Shown here in pieces: positions 1 to 13,080 of a DNA stretch of 64,000 nt. The translations under genes were made by a program, and so were the position numbers. Where the stretch lies: the NCBI RefSeq assembly GCF_006345805.1, contig NC_043022.1:10664001-10728000 (forward strand). Direction: 5' to 3'. The notes beneath the pieces were generated by a model. That model worked only from the letters and a program-made list of their open reading frames with translations, was not told where the DNA came from and did not search any database. This stretch comes from Octopus sinensis. Its lineage: Eukaryota. How positions within the stretch are numbered: the first letter of the stretch is position 1; each line of letters opens with the position of its first letter.

Positions 1-35
1 AGAAAGAGACCTCAATATTATGTAAATAGAGGAAA

Positions 36-415
36 TCTTTATATATAAAAGTGAGGTTGTGTGTCTGTCTCCTACGATTTAGATTCCTAACTACTCCCAC
101 ATTTTGCTGTGCAGTTTAACCAAAACCGGGTATCTTATAGTCGTGATTCATATTGAGACCGTCTGGATATTAGCATGAGTCTACGATTTAAAAAAAAATT
201 TACCATCAATTTTTCCCATTTTTAATCAATTTTTGACATATATAAGGGAAGTAACTCTCTAAAATTTATTAAATCTCAGAACGTAAAAAGCTACAGTAAC
301 ACCCCTCCCCCTTTGTGGTTAGCCATATTGAGATGGCTATTATACTTTACATCTCTAAAAATACTTATATAATTATTTCCCTTACAAACCCGAGCAACGC
401 CGGGCGATACTGCTA

Positions 416-416
<1 letters not shown>
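36..416 (+). mobile_element. Non-autonomous Helitron (type 1)
   Basis: Starts TC at 36 after an A. Ends with hairpin CCCGAGCAACGCCGGG then CTAG (413-416) before a T: the A|TC...CTAG|T Helitron signature. Homologous copy at 1559-1933; same 3' end at 13068. Confidence 0.8.
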
Positions 417-459
<43 letters not shown>

Positions 460-710
460 ATATGTATATATATGTATGTATGTATATATGTATATATATA
501 TATGTATGTATGTATATATGTATATATATATATGTATATATATGTATGTATATATGTATATATATATATGTATGTATATATGTATATATATATGTATGTA
601 TGTATATATATATGTATGTATGTATATATATATATGTATGTATGTATATATGTATATATATATATATATATGTATGTATATATATATATATGTATGTATG
701 TATATATGTA
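417..710. repeat. (TA)n/(TATG)n microsatellite
   Basis: Direct reading. Explains the Y/I/M/V/C ORFs at 450-857. Confidence 0.95.
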
Positions 711-1162
711 TCTCTTATTATAAAAGGCAGATTTTATCTGCCTCCCTTTGTCACTTATAGAAATCTACAATATAGGATTTCTTCAATTACAATTTACCTA
801 GCATTTTTAAGAGTAGAATGCATCGGGTCATGCCAGGTCCAGTTTTTAAAATTTTAACTCCAATTAAGCAAAATTTACAGAAAACTCACATTCTGGTGTG
901 TATGTCAAATGCTTTTCTTCGTCTGGTTTACAGCAAACGCACACACACAGTGTGCAACGAATAAAATGAAAGTAATTCACTGTGTGTGTGTTGACAGGTA
1001 GACAATAGAATGCGATGGCGATGTAATATTTGTTTCTGTCTATCACGCTGATAGATACATGAGTAAAATGTATGGCAAGCTAAGAGATAAGAGTGAGTGA
1101 AAATGTTCTTGGAAGAGAGTAAATAGCGACAGAGTGATTTGAGGAAGACTAAACTGAAAGTA
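711..1162 (+). mobile_element. Helitron 5' portion (type 2), truncated
   Basis: Begins TCTCTTATTATAAAAGGCAG. Near-identical to 1934-2391, then diverges. Confidence 0.6.
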
Positions 1163-1232
1163 TGAAACAGTGTTTATGTATAAACAGACGACACTTATAT
1201 ATAGGTATTAATAAATGTATGCATCCGTTTAA

Positions 1233-1558
1233 CCCTTTCGTTACCAAACCGCCCGAATTTACCTATTCATATTTAAATGAGAATATCAGAGTAAATCTCT
1301 TTAGTACATTCGTGAAAACACGTATTATACTTCGTAAACACTTCAAATACAGTTTTGTACAAAAATCGAAGTGTAATTTTAATTCCGTGAATTATGGGAG
1401 ATTTTTTTCCGAAATTTGTTCCTATTGTGTTTTCAAAATTTGTAATTCTGACAAAAAATGGATACGAATTTCATTATATCAAGCAGCGAGTCAGAATTCG
1501 AAGGATTTTCTACTGAAGACCTTCATAAATCTAACTCTATGACTGAAAAAAAAAAGCA
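1233..1558 (+). mobile_element. piggyBac-like 5' end fragment
   Basis: TTAA (1229-1232) followed by CCCTTTCGTTACC, matching the CCCTTT TIR of MITEs elsewhere in the window. The ORF from 1458 (MDTNFIISSSESEFEGFSTED) resembles the acidic N-terminus of piggyBac transposases and is cut by a Helitron at 1559. Confidence 0.55.
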
Positions 1559-1933
1559 TCTTTATATAAGAGTGAAGTTGTGTGTCTGTCTCCTACGATT
1601 TAGATTCCTAACTACTCCCACATTTTGCAGTGCAGTTTAACCAAAAGCGAGTATCTTATAGTCGTGATTCATATCGAGCCCTTCTGGGTATTAGCGCGCG
1701 TCTACGATTTAAAAAAAATTTACCATCATATTTTTCCATTTTAATGCATTTTTTTCGCTTTTATATAAGGGAAGTAACTCTCTAAAAATATCTACGATGT
1801 GTCAACGAATTAAAGAAAAAATTTACCTTAATTCTTTTTCAATTTTTAATGCATTTTTTTGCTATAACTCTCTAAAAATGCTTATATAGTTATTTCCCTT
1901 ACAAACCCGAGCAACGCCGGGCGATACTGCTAG
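1559..1933 (+). mobile_element. Non-autonomous Helitron (type 1)
   Basis: A|TC at 1558/1559; hairpin plus CTAG at 1930-1933; homologous to 36-416. Confidence 0.8.
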
Positions 1934-4056
1934 TCTCTTATTATAAAAGGCAGATTTTATCTGCCTCCCTTTGTCAGTTATAGAAATCTACAATATAGGA
2001 TTTCTTCAATTACAATTTACCTAGCATTTTTAAGAGTAGAATGCATCAGGTCATGCCAGGTCCAGTTTTTAAAATTTAAACTCCAATTAAGCAAAATGTA
2101 CAGAAAACTCACATTCTGGTGTGTATGTCAAATGCTTTTCTTAATGTGGTTTACACCACACGCACACGCACACACACAGTGTGCAACGAATAAAGTGAAA
2201 GTAATTCACTGTGTGTGTGTTGACAGGTAGACAATAGAATGCGATGGCGATGTAATATTTGTTTCTGTCTATCACGCTGATAGATACATGAGTAAAATGT
2301 ATGGCAAGCTAAGAGATAAGAGTGAGTGAAAATGTTCTTGGAAGAGAGTAAATAGCGACAGAGTGATTTGAGGAAGACTAAACTGAAAGTATTTCTATAA
2401 AACGGATCACTCATGCTATCAACATAATTTCTCCCACTTTCTCTTTGCAAGTGTACCTTAAACCACTACTCAAAAAATAAAAAAACACAGCAAACAGAAA
2501 CAAATAAATACATAACGATTTACTCCTCACACAATTTCTTCAATTAGAGTTTACCTAAGATTTTTCAAAGTACTCCATTCGGTCATGCCATAACAAATTT
2601 CTTTCAATTTCATCCCCAATTAAGACAAAATTCGAGAAAACTCAATATTTTAACATTTCACTCCGAAAGCATTGATGTACATGTGTGCGTGCGTGAGTGT
2701 GTGTGTGTTTGATGGGTTGTGCGACACAGAAAGTGTGGTGTGTAAGTGAAGTGCTTTTGTTAGTGTGTGTAAAGAGACAGAGAGTGAAAGACAGAAATAA
2801 CTGAACTTTTTTTATTCACTTTTTGTAGTGAGTGACTGAGAGAGAAAAGAGAGAGAGAGGTTATGTATGGCTTCAGTGACACACACACACAAAAACACAT
2901 ACCTACGTACACCTAAAGCATGCACACACACACACACAAGCGGAGCGCGAACTTCAAAATTTTGGTAGTATTAATATGCGAGCGTACTTCTAAGCGCGCG
3001 TAATTGAAAGTTTTCACTATGATATCATCACGTGCGAAAAAATTCGAAGGGTTTTGAACAATTGAGATACAGATTTCACGCCTGTATTGAAACCATTGTT
3101 AAGCTGCCGTAATTGCTTAATTAAGTCTTTGTTTAAATTGAAAGGGGCAAATATGTGACGAGGTTGAAAAAATATACCCCAGAAAAAAAAATGTACTGCT
3201 GGTATTTATATAATTCACTACTATTTTGCTACAATGTCCTGTCTACTCCGATTTAGATTCCTAACTACTCCCACATTTTGCGATGCAGTTTAACCAAAAC
3301 CGGGTATCTTATAGTCGTGATTCATATCGAGCCCTTCTGTGTATTAGCGCGCGTCTACGATGAGTCTATGATTTTACAAATAATTTACCATCATTTTTTT
3401 CCATTTTAACGCATATTTTTTTAATAAAGGGAAGTAACTCTCAAACTTCACACCAATATGCGTGCTCATATGCGACGTAATATCACATCAGCAGCATTTC
3501 CTCACACCCTCCTTGCACTTGGCGAAGGCAAAATACCAGGGGATGAAAATGGCAAATATTGCCATCGATTCCATTTGTAACATTGTTAAGACGCTTTCTG
3601 ATCTCAGAGATGCAGTGTTCCCAGATCTACAAGCTAATTATCAGAATATGGATTGGATTGGCAAAAAGGCTATACTGGCCCCGAGGAATAAAACTGTTCA
3701 CCATATTAATGATGAAATGCTAAAACTCATTCCTGGGGAAGTCTATGTATATCAGTCTATCGATACAACTCCTGACCCAGAGGACGTCATCAACTATCCA
3801 ATAGAGGTACTCAATTCCTTTGAGCACCCCGGACTACCACCACACTTTCTCAAACTTAAAGTTGGTGCCCCTATAATGCTCATCAGAAATTTGGTTCCCC
3901 CAAAACAATGCAATGGCACACGTTTGATCGTTAAGTCCTTATCTCCCACCGTAAACTTATGTCAATATTTGCCTGAATAATCATCATAATTCAGTGCAAT
4001 CATTAACAGGACTTTCAAGCAATTCAGCCCCGAGCAACGCCGGGCAATTCTGCTAG
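1934..4056 (+). mobile_element. Composite Helitron carrying a RepHel helicase remnant
   Basis: TC start at 1934. Ends CCCCGAGCAACGCCGGGCAATTCTG-CTAG (4053-4056)|T. Internal 3240-3440 resembles the type 1 element. Confidence 0.75.
3537..3980 (+). pseudogene. Helitron Pif1-like helicase C-terminal fragment
   Basis: Translation KAILAPRNKTVHHIN...YPIEVLNSFEHPGLPPHFLKLKVGAPIMLIRNLVPPKQCNGTRLIV matches conserved Pif1/RepHel helicase motifs. No Rep domain or Walker A; lies inside Helitron termini. Confidence 0.85.
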
Positions 4057-5099
4057 TATATAATATATTCACCGAATACTTCTATTTTGCAGGGTCTTTA
4101 GAAGCAAACCGCATGAGACATGGCTCATCTTCGGCGGGCGGCCCCACTAAAAAACGAATTCAAGATAATTTTTTGTTACCACTCAGAAAGTCCTCGGGCC
4201 GCAGATTACCCATGACTGGAAAAGGGCGTAACTTCGGTATAGGTACCGGATACATTTCAAGAAAGTGTTTTTTTTAATATATATATGGGGTGGGGGGTTA
4301 GGGTTAGGGGTGGGAGAAAAGGATTTCTGTTATCTTCAGAAATGTAAACAAAACCACTTACGGTATCTATACCGAAGGATCGCATGGAAAAAATATATTC
4401 ACTAAATATAATTAAGTTTTAAGAGATCCATATGGTGTAATACATTCACTTAAAACAATTCTATTTTGCTGAGCCCGTTTAATATAATATATTCATTTAT
4501 TATACTGCTACTCTAGGAGGCCATATAGTAAATGTATTCACTCAGTATTTCCACTTTGCCGGGTCTATATAGCAGATGGTACAATCTCTCGATATACTGC
4601 TAGTTTGCCAGGGCCCTATAGTGTATGTTGATTCACTGAACACAGCCAAAACCTTTATCAACCAAAACAACGTTTGAGATTGCGGGAAGAATCAGTCTCA
4701 ACCCATTTGTCTCCCTTGAATATGTTGTCCCACACACGGTGTTAGATGTTTACTCTTAATTTACAACCGAAAATCGATAAATCTGTTTACTCTTATGACT
4801 AACTATATATACTTGTTTTATTGTAAAATTGACTTTATTCTTCTAAAATGTGTGAAAACAAGAGACTTTTTTTCTCCATTTTAATCACAAAATGTCTATA
4901 AAACTCCCTTAATTTGCTCCCATGTGATAGTTTAAGAACATATATTATAGCGATGTATACATCTCATTTTCTTTAAGTTTATGGAATAGAATTTATAAAA
5001 AGCAACAGTTTTTGTTGGATTTATTACATTAGAATTGGCTAATGGTATTATTTAGGTAGAAAAAACTGATATACAAAGCAAGATAATTTAATCTCCTCG

Positions 5100-5480
5100 G
5101 GCTCATTTTAAGATGGGAACTATTGTTTGTATATTCAAGATGGAGGTTCGACGCTGGGAGGTTTGTTCATATAGCAGGTAAGAAATTCCTCAACTGAAGA
5201 ACCAATTACTGTGGCCTTTCACCTTTTCAAACCTCGCTGTTATTACCCTCCATAGAATAAACTAGTCTCGGTGCGGTTTTATTCGCGTTTCTGACGAGGT
5301 ATTTAGGCCGTGGTGTCTCGGTGATGGCTATTTAATTTATCGGAATAGCCAGTACGTTCGTTGGCTCTCTCTCACAGACAGCCCCTTTCAGTGTCCTTGC
5401 TGGCGAAATCGTCATCGCTGGACAAAAGGCTATCGTTCTCTCTTGTGTAACATTAGTCAGCTCGTTAAGAACGACGGGGA
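5100..5480 (+). promoter_or_regulatory. Candidate promoter / non-coding first exon of the zinc-finger gene
   Basis: Locally CpG-rich sequence with no homologue seen elsewhere in the window, and a strong donor CAG|GTAAGA (exon end 5177). Linkage to the downstream gene is inferred only. Confidence 0.35.
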
Positions 5481-5850
5481 TCTATGCATGCGTCTACGTG
5501 TGTGTGTGTGTGTGTATATATATCTATATGGATAGATATAGATATATATGTATTATTAATATAATTCGTAAGCAAACCAATAGCTTAATTATTCTTTCTC
5601 TTATTTTCGTTTAATGCTAATTAGGAATTTGTTTCTGGATTTGTCTTCATATCCGAAAAAGGAAACAAATATTAAATTACAATATACGACGGACTTTTAT
5701 AGTTAACTCGTTGACAAGGCTGATATTTTTATTAAATTTTTTTTTTAATGTATAACGTAAACAAACAAGCCACGAACTATATTTTGTGGAAGAAAAGCAG
5801 AAAAAAACCCCCCAAAAAACATTTAGCTAATCTAGTAACGTGTGTGTGTG

Positions 5851-5885
<35 letters not shown>

Positions 5886-7771
5886 ATACACACACACTTT
5901 TGTTCTCTCTTCTTATTGCTTCTTACTTTTTCAAGAGATATTAAAGGGATACGATATCCCCACCACACCATCGCAACAACAACAATAATTTCCTTACCGC
6001 GAAGGCGGTGTATCTAAAACATTATATACAATTAGGGTTAAAATTCTATGTAAACATAGAACGGTGGTTTATTTCTAACTAAACTCTCGGTCAATTTTCT
6101 TCATTTATAATTTTATATGGATAGTGCTTGATACCTTGGGCAAGTGTTTTTTTTTACTTTAGCCTCGAGTTGACCAGTACCTTGTGAATATAAATTGTTT
6201 GATGGCAGCTTGTCATACATGTGTGTGTGTGTGCATGCATGCATACGTACGTACATATGTGTTTACTTTATAGCAGTTGAAAAATTGCTAGTGTTGTGTC
6301 CCTCTTTGTCCTGTAACTTAGCGGTTCCAGAAATGGAGACCGATAAAATAAGTAATGAATTTCGACAGTCTCCCTAGAATGAATGGCTGCAGTCCAGTGG
6401 CTGAAATCACTACAAGAATAGCGGTAAGGGTATATAATCAAATGCAACGGTCGAGTATAATAATTATTATGGTCATTTCCATGCAAGGTGAGAAGCAAAC
6501 TGAACTCTGGCGCAGTTTATACTCAAAACGTATGGTGATGGTGATGACGATGATGATGATGATGACCACTCTATTATCTACACGAAAGCAAACCAAAGCA
6601 AAATGCATCAGTCACTAATTAATAACACAAAGCAATATACTAATTGTAGGGTGTGTCTGTTAAAGCAAAAAAAAAAAAAAAGTGTAGTAGTAATAGTCTT
6701 TTATACTATAGGTACAAGACCTGAAATTTGTGGGGAGGGGACTAGTCAATTACATTGACCCCAGTGTTTCACTGGTACTTAATTCATCAACCTGGAAAGG
6801 TGAAGTCGCAATAATAATAATAAAGTAACGAACTTTATAATATGAATGAATTATAGAGTGAAGCAAAATAATGTCTGTTTGTTGCTTTTGTAGCCTATAA
6901 AGAAATAACTATGAATAAAAGAAGAAATGAGATAGCAAAAACAGAACAAAGGGAGCAAAACCAATATCAAGTCTTTTGTTCACTATCCCCTTAAACTAGC
7001 CTCTAGTGAATCCTGGTCGATGAGTCTGGGACTGCTTTGTCCCATATGCCCTCTTTTTATGATGACAGGTATGGTTTCAGGGTGATTTGACTGCTATTTT
7101 TAGCAGATCGAGCAACCGGTTATAGGTTTCCTTTTATTATTGTTTAACCCGTATTGATCAAAGCATTCCAACCATGGTCATCCCATCTTAGACAATCTAT
7201 TCAGGATTGCATTATCCAATTTGTCCTTCCCCCCTTTTTTTTAAAGCTAGTAGGATGTAATTTGAGAGGAATTTAACTGCTATTTCTAACAAATCGAGTG
7301 ACCACATAGTCCCCCCTCATTGTTCATTCCTGATCGAGTAGAGACTCCCAAGTTTCATGTATGTATGCATACCTTTTATTTGCTTTGGTCATTGGACTGT
7401 GGCCATGCTGAGGCACTGCCATGAAGGGTTCAGTCAAACAAATTGATCCCAATAGCTACTTTTTTAAAGCCTGGTACCTATTCTATCAATCTCTTTTTGC
7501 CAAGCTGCTTGGTTAAAGGGATGTAAACACACACATGCACAAATATCTTATCCTTTACTTGTTTCAGTCATTGGGCTGCAGCCATGCTGGGGCATTGCCT
7601 CAAACAAATCAAACCCAGTATTTATTTTTAGGCCTGATGCTTATTCTAGCAATCTCATTTTGACAAACTGGTAAGTTACAGGACATAAGCTAACACTGGA
7701 TGTCAAGTGGTGGTGGTAGTGGTGGGCAAACACATGGATACACACACATAATACATATATACATACATGCA

Positions 7772-7808
<37 letters not shown>

Positions 7809-8104
7809 AATGAAAAAAATGTATGGTAAATAAACAAACAAGATAACTTATATTGAATGTAAAAACAGAAGGTTCGTAATTCTTCATCGTTATCAACCAA
7901 TTAGTAATATTCAGTTTTGCACCTTTATCGTTAAAGGTGCGAAACTGAAGGTTTCTTATTGGTCTTTAACTGATGAAGAATTACAGGCCTTCTGTTTGTC
8001 TCCTCTTCATTTTTACATTCAGTATACGTTATGCCATTTGTTTATTTACCATACATTTTTTTATTTATTAAGTAATGGAACACAACACACTGAATTTTAT
8101 ATAT

Positions 8105-8445
8105 ATATGATGAGCTTCTTTTAGCTTCCATCTACCAAATCCACTCACAAGGCTTTGGTTGACTTGGAGCTTTAGTAGAAGACACTCGCCCAAGTTGTCA
8201 AGCAGTGAGACTGAACCCAAAACTATGTGGTTGGAAACAAGCATCTTACCACACAGCCATGAGTGCATACACACACACAACAGGCTTATGAGCTTCTTTC
8301 AGTTTCTGTCTACTAAATCCACTCAAGGTTTTAAATGGCCCAGGACTATATTAGAAGACACATGCTCAAGTGCTATACAGTGGGACTGAACCTGGAACCA
8401 TGTGGTTGGAAAACAAATTTATTACCACACAGCCATACCTGCACC
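8105..8445 (-). mobile_element. Two tandem tRNA-derived SINE heads (family A)
   Basis: Reverse complement of the family A head (GGCTGTGTGGTAAG...GGTTCAGTCCCACTG...GGCAAGTGTCTTCTAC) seen at 11870 and 32085. Confidence 0.7.
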
Positions 8446-8789
8446 TTGCGTATGAACTTTTTGTAATCTCCACTCCGTACTATTTGTACTGATTAAACCT
8501 CATACTCCGCCCTCCTTTATTTTATTGGTATTTGGTTTTGAATTCTTCAGAATCTGCTGGATCTGAATACAGTCTTGTTTCAAATTCAGAACCATTACAA
8601 CAGAGAGGCTGGATTACTTTAGCCACTCAACAGCTGGTGTAAACACCTCTTTCCCTGTCTTAGATACTCTGTTCCTGATTTAGTTGAGTGGGGCTGCTTT
8701 TCTTTTATTCTTTTTCTACTCTTTTGTCTTGCAAGTTACTTAGAGACTTTACTAGTGCTAGTGGCATGAGAAAAGCCCCCAGTACACAC

Positions 8790-9075
8790 TAAAGTTGTTT
8801 GATCCTTCTTGAGCCATGCCTGGCTCATAAGGGCCGGTTTCTTGGTGTATAGGTTCCCCACCTGGATGGGACGCCGGTCCGTCACAGGTGAGCTGTAAGA
8901 TGCAGGCGGAAAGAGTGAGACAAAGTTGTGGCGAAAGAGTCAGCAGAAGTTCGCCATTACCTTCTGTCGGAGCCACGTGGAGCTTAGGTGTTTCGCTCAT
9001 AAACACAAACATCGCCCGGTCTGAGATTCAAACCTGCGATCCCTCGACCGCAAGTCTGCTGCTTTAACCACTAGG
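8790..9075 (-). mobile_element. tRNA-derived SINE (family E)
   Basis: Minus strand reads GGAGGCACTTGGCCTAGTGGTTAAAG...GGTTTGAATCTC (A/B-box-like). Closely related copy at 48470-48770. Confidence 0.7.
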
Positions 9076-11869
9076 CCAAGTGCCTCCACAACACACTAAA
9101 GTGGTTGGTATTAGGAAGGGCATCCTGCTGTTGAAACCATGCCAAAGCTGACATTTGGAGCTTGACACAGCTCTGCGACTTGCTGGACTCTGTCAGACCA
9201 TCCAACCCATACCAGTATGGGAAATGACATTAAATGATGAGATGAGAATGGTGATAATGAACTTCATTTTACATCCATTTCCTCTGCTGGTAAAGATTGG
9301 GTGTGTCATCATTATCCATGTCAGTTCTTATTTGGCTTTACTGCCATCAAATACACTTTGGAGGACCATGTCTTGCGTTCATTTTTTTTTCTTTTAGTAT
9401 GGGTTCTATGGCTGGATGCCCTCCCTAACACCAACTATTTCACCGGGTGTACTGGATGCATTTTATTGTGCTACCAACAATAGTGAGGTAAACTTGTCCC
9501 CTTTAAGACTAAAGGGTTCTCTCTATGCTGTCTCCATTCTATCAAGGTAAATGTGACTGAGAGGTGAATAAAAGAGAGACTGATGACCATGCAGGTGAAA
9601 GAAGAGAGAGAACATGAGTCTGGTGAGAGGAGTGAAAGGATGGTAGATGAAGGGGCTATGTAATGAAAGGGATAGTGATAGCTACATGTTGGTTGTTTAT
9701 AAAGGGAGTGAATAAAAAAACTACATGAGCAGCATGTGGGACTAGCCACAAAGCTAGATGATTGTAAGAAAGAGTGTTGGGTAGAGATAAAGATGGGCAA
9801 TAGTTTGTGTGAATGGTAGATGTTAGTGAAGGATCACATGAGGGTGAGAGAGAATAATTGTTAGTGAAATGGTACAGGGGTACCATTGTGCTGGTGTTAA
9901 GATGGGAAGGTGGTGCAGTAATAGAGGAATGATGGTGTAGGAGAGGGGTAGAATGGTCAAGGGGGATGGTGGAGTGGTTGAATACAGAAAGATTAAATGT
10001 CGTGTGTCATAGCACAGTGAATAGGTGAGAGGGTAAGGAAGAGGGGAGTGTAGTATTTGCATTTCCATGCAAAGTTTTAAATGCACAACTGAGTTAGAAG
10101 TGAGCCGAGTCTGTTATAATTGTTTGTTGATTGACTGGGTTAATTTCCTCACACCTTAACTCTAGCATTCATTCGACAGAGTCAGAGTTGGTAAAACTAT
10201 AGTGACTCCAGCTCCAACTCACAATATCTTTAGTCTTTAATATAAACCAGTTGTAACATGTAGGCCTACTCAAAGTACAAACATATGCATATGCTTTATG
10301 ACATAGGTAGACTACAATCACTTTAGTACATAAAGAGGAGTCAGAGTCGGAGGTGCCAATAGTATCGGAGTCGGAGTTGAAGATTTTTGTTTCAACTCCA
10401 CAGCCCTAGACAGTTCATCATCATCATCATCAAGTGATGTTAAATGTAATATTTATTTATTCACATTGTTTTGAATTAATCCTGCATTATCTCAAAGCTT
10501 TGAGACATCAATGATGTGATTGTTTATTTTTAGAATGATATTGTGGTTTGAGTGTGAGAAGCCGGATCTGGCTAGTTTGAACACGGAACTGGTATTTGGG
10601 TCTGATATGGCTGGAGTAAATGCCAAAGGGTAAAAATTTTGATTCTAAAAGATAAAATCTGTTTGATCAGTACAATAACTCCAATGACCCAGTTTTCAGT
10701 GGTAGAACTGCACTAAGAATTAACTGTTGCTGCTACTGCAGTTTTCTGTCTGTTGTGTTCCATACATGAATGTTAGACATCCAAGTTCAAATCAACTTGA
10801 CTGATTAAATTTTGTTTTTTCATTCTCTGTTGATGGAGTTGCACAATACCAAATTCATCATCATCATCATCATTATCACTACCATCATCTTCCTTCTAAT
10901 CATCATTGTCATCATCATCATCACCAACAACAATGCCATCATCTTCACCATCATCATCAGCACAATGATCATCATCACCATCACCACCATCATCTTCATC
11001 GTATGTCCACTTTACATGCCGGTATGGGTTGAATGGATTGTCAGTTCTTATTGGGAGCCACTACTCTCAAAGACTGGTGCTCATATATGTCTTTTCTACT
11101 TGGTTTCTATGGCTGGATGCTCTTGCTGTCACCAACTACTTTGCAGAGTGTACTGGGTGCACTTTTCATGTCACCAGCAGTAGAGAAGTTGTCAAGTCTT
11201 TCGTGAGGCAAGACTTGAGGAGCAAGGACTTTCTGTCATGACTAGTACAGGAGTGAAGTTACCCACCTTGTTCACTGTAAGTATTGGGAGTAATGAGGTG
11301 TTTTCTATACTACATATGACTTTAAAACTGCATCTGTTAGTGGGGCCTTGATTTGGGAGTTCGAAGGCTTGAGGAGTGTGGAACAACTTCTTAGCAACTA
11401 TTTGTTCCCAGGTCTACTCTGACCTGGAGTTGTAGCAAGTATCAGGGTCCCAGTTGTGGGTTAATTAACATGTTGAGGCTTGTTGCTTACTTATGCATGG
11501 GAAGACTGTGTCTGGCAGACTCTGCAGAAGAAACCTTCATGGTTCAACAGGAGAGGAAGGTTGCTGTAATGATGCATTGTGGGATACAGAGAGCAAGATG
11601 AGGCAAGTAAGACACCCTGGTCATCTACTACATCTGTCTCCATCCCCAGATGTCTTGACCTAGTCTTGCCACTGGACTGAAGATGGTCATGGACAAGAGA
11701 GTGAGGTTTAAACAAAGTCACAATGAGAATGACTAGATGGTCCTCATCACCTTGAGGGCCAGGCTTGTATTTTATATCACAGATTAACTCTACTCCTCTA
11801 CAAAATATCTGCTCAATCAGGGCTGACCTGGGGCTGAACTTCAATAACAATATACATGCACAAATAAAT

Positions 11870-12243
11870 AGGTGCAGGAGTGGCTGTGTGGTAAGTAGCT
11901 TGCTTACCATCCACTTAGTTCTGGGTTCAGTTCCACTGCATAGCACCTTGGGCAAGTGTCTTCTACTATAGCCTCAGGCCAACCAAAACCTTGTGAGTGG
12001 ATTTGGTAGATGGAAACTGAAAGAAGCCCATCGTATATATATGTATAACTTTGTGTGTCTGCGTTTGTCCCCCCTACCATCGCTTGCTGGTGTGTTTATG
12101 TCCCTGTAACTTAGCGGTTCAGCAAAAGAGACCAATAGAATAAGTACTAGGCTTACAAAGAATAAGTTCTGTGGTCGATTTGTTCAACTAAAGGCAGTGC
12201 TCCAGTATGGCCGCAGTCAAATGACTGAAACAGATAAAAGAGA
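11870..12243 (+). mobile_element. Composite tRNA-derived SINE (family A head + TA/TG microsatellite + conserved tail)
   Basis: Same three-part structure at 27825-28203, 32085-32474 and (minus) 48857-49215. Confidence 0.8.
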
Positions 12244-12729
12244 AACCAGACAAATGAATGATTACAAGATGAGTCATCTGTAACTGGTTAACGCTGTATG
12301 TCGGAATGTGTTTCATGGTTCTGGGAGATCCGAAACAATAGAGCTATGGGTTACAGATGGGGCATTCCATCAACTAACTGCATGCCATTACTTGAACATT
12401 GCACAACAACCGTACGCTATATTAACATACCAATGAAGATATCATTAATCTACAGAAATATTCAGTGTTTCCAGCTTGAAGATATTAACATATCATGCTT
12501 CATATGAGTAGATAATATTCATGCGTAATTGTTGTGAATAATTATTGCCTCATTATGTACACCTGTTGCATAATGTGCATTGTAGCATCAAACAGTCACT
12601 GAATCTTTGAAACAGCTGTAAAGATATATTTTCATCATGTACTACAAATATCTATAACATCTCATATATAAAAATGAATTCCTGCCAGCTATAATTCTTT
12701 GGCCATCTTTTGTCTTGTATATATATATA

Positions 12730-13068
12730 TCTCTCTATATAAACGGCAGTTTGTCTGTGCGTTTTCTGTGTGTCTGTTTTCTCGTACCCTCACTCTGACC
12801 ACGGCTTTCAACCGATTCTGATGAAACTTGACACACACATAGCCCAATGTCATAATTCAAAACTAACGCAGCGAAAATTTTGAAAAGTTCCCCCAGTTCT
12901 GAAAAAAATCGATAAATTCGACATGGGGTCGAGAATCAGAAACCCAAACCACAGACCGTCAAAAAAAATTTACCATCATTTTTTTTCCATTTTTTGGCTA
13001 TAACTCTCTAAAAATGCTTTATAGTTATTTCCCTTACAAACCTGAGCAACGCCGGGCGATACTGCTAG
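12730..13068 (+). mobile_element. Short non-autonomous Helitron
   Basis: TC start within (TA)n. Same 3' hairpin and CTAG (13065-13068) as 36-416. Confidence 0.8.
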
Positions 13069-13080
13069 TATATATATATA

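Noticed and set aside
450-857. Y/I/M/V/C- and H/T-rich ORFs here and at 27279-27584, 35142-35693, 41783-42521, 46101-46463, 63271-63997
   Set aside because: Translations of (TA)n/(TG)n/(CA)n microsatellites.
4296-4312. GTTAGGGTTAGGGG telomere-like motif
   Set aside because: Only about two units inside a dispersed repeat; not a telomeric array.
5995-6005. Minus-strand donor-like GCG|GTAAGG
   Set aside because: No supporting exon or acceptor; could be chance.
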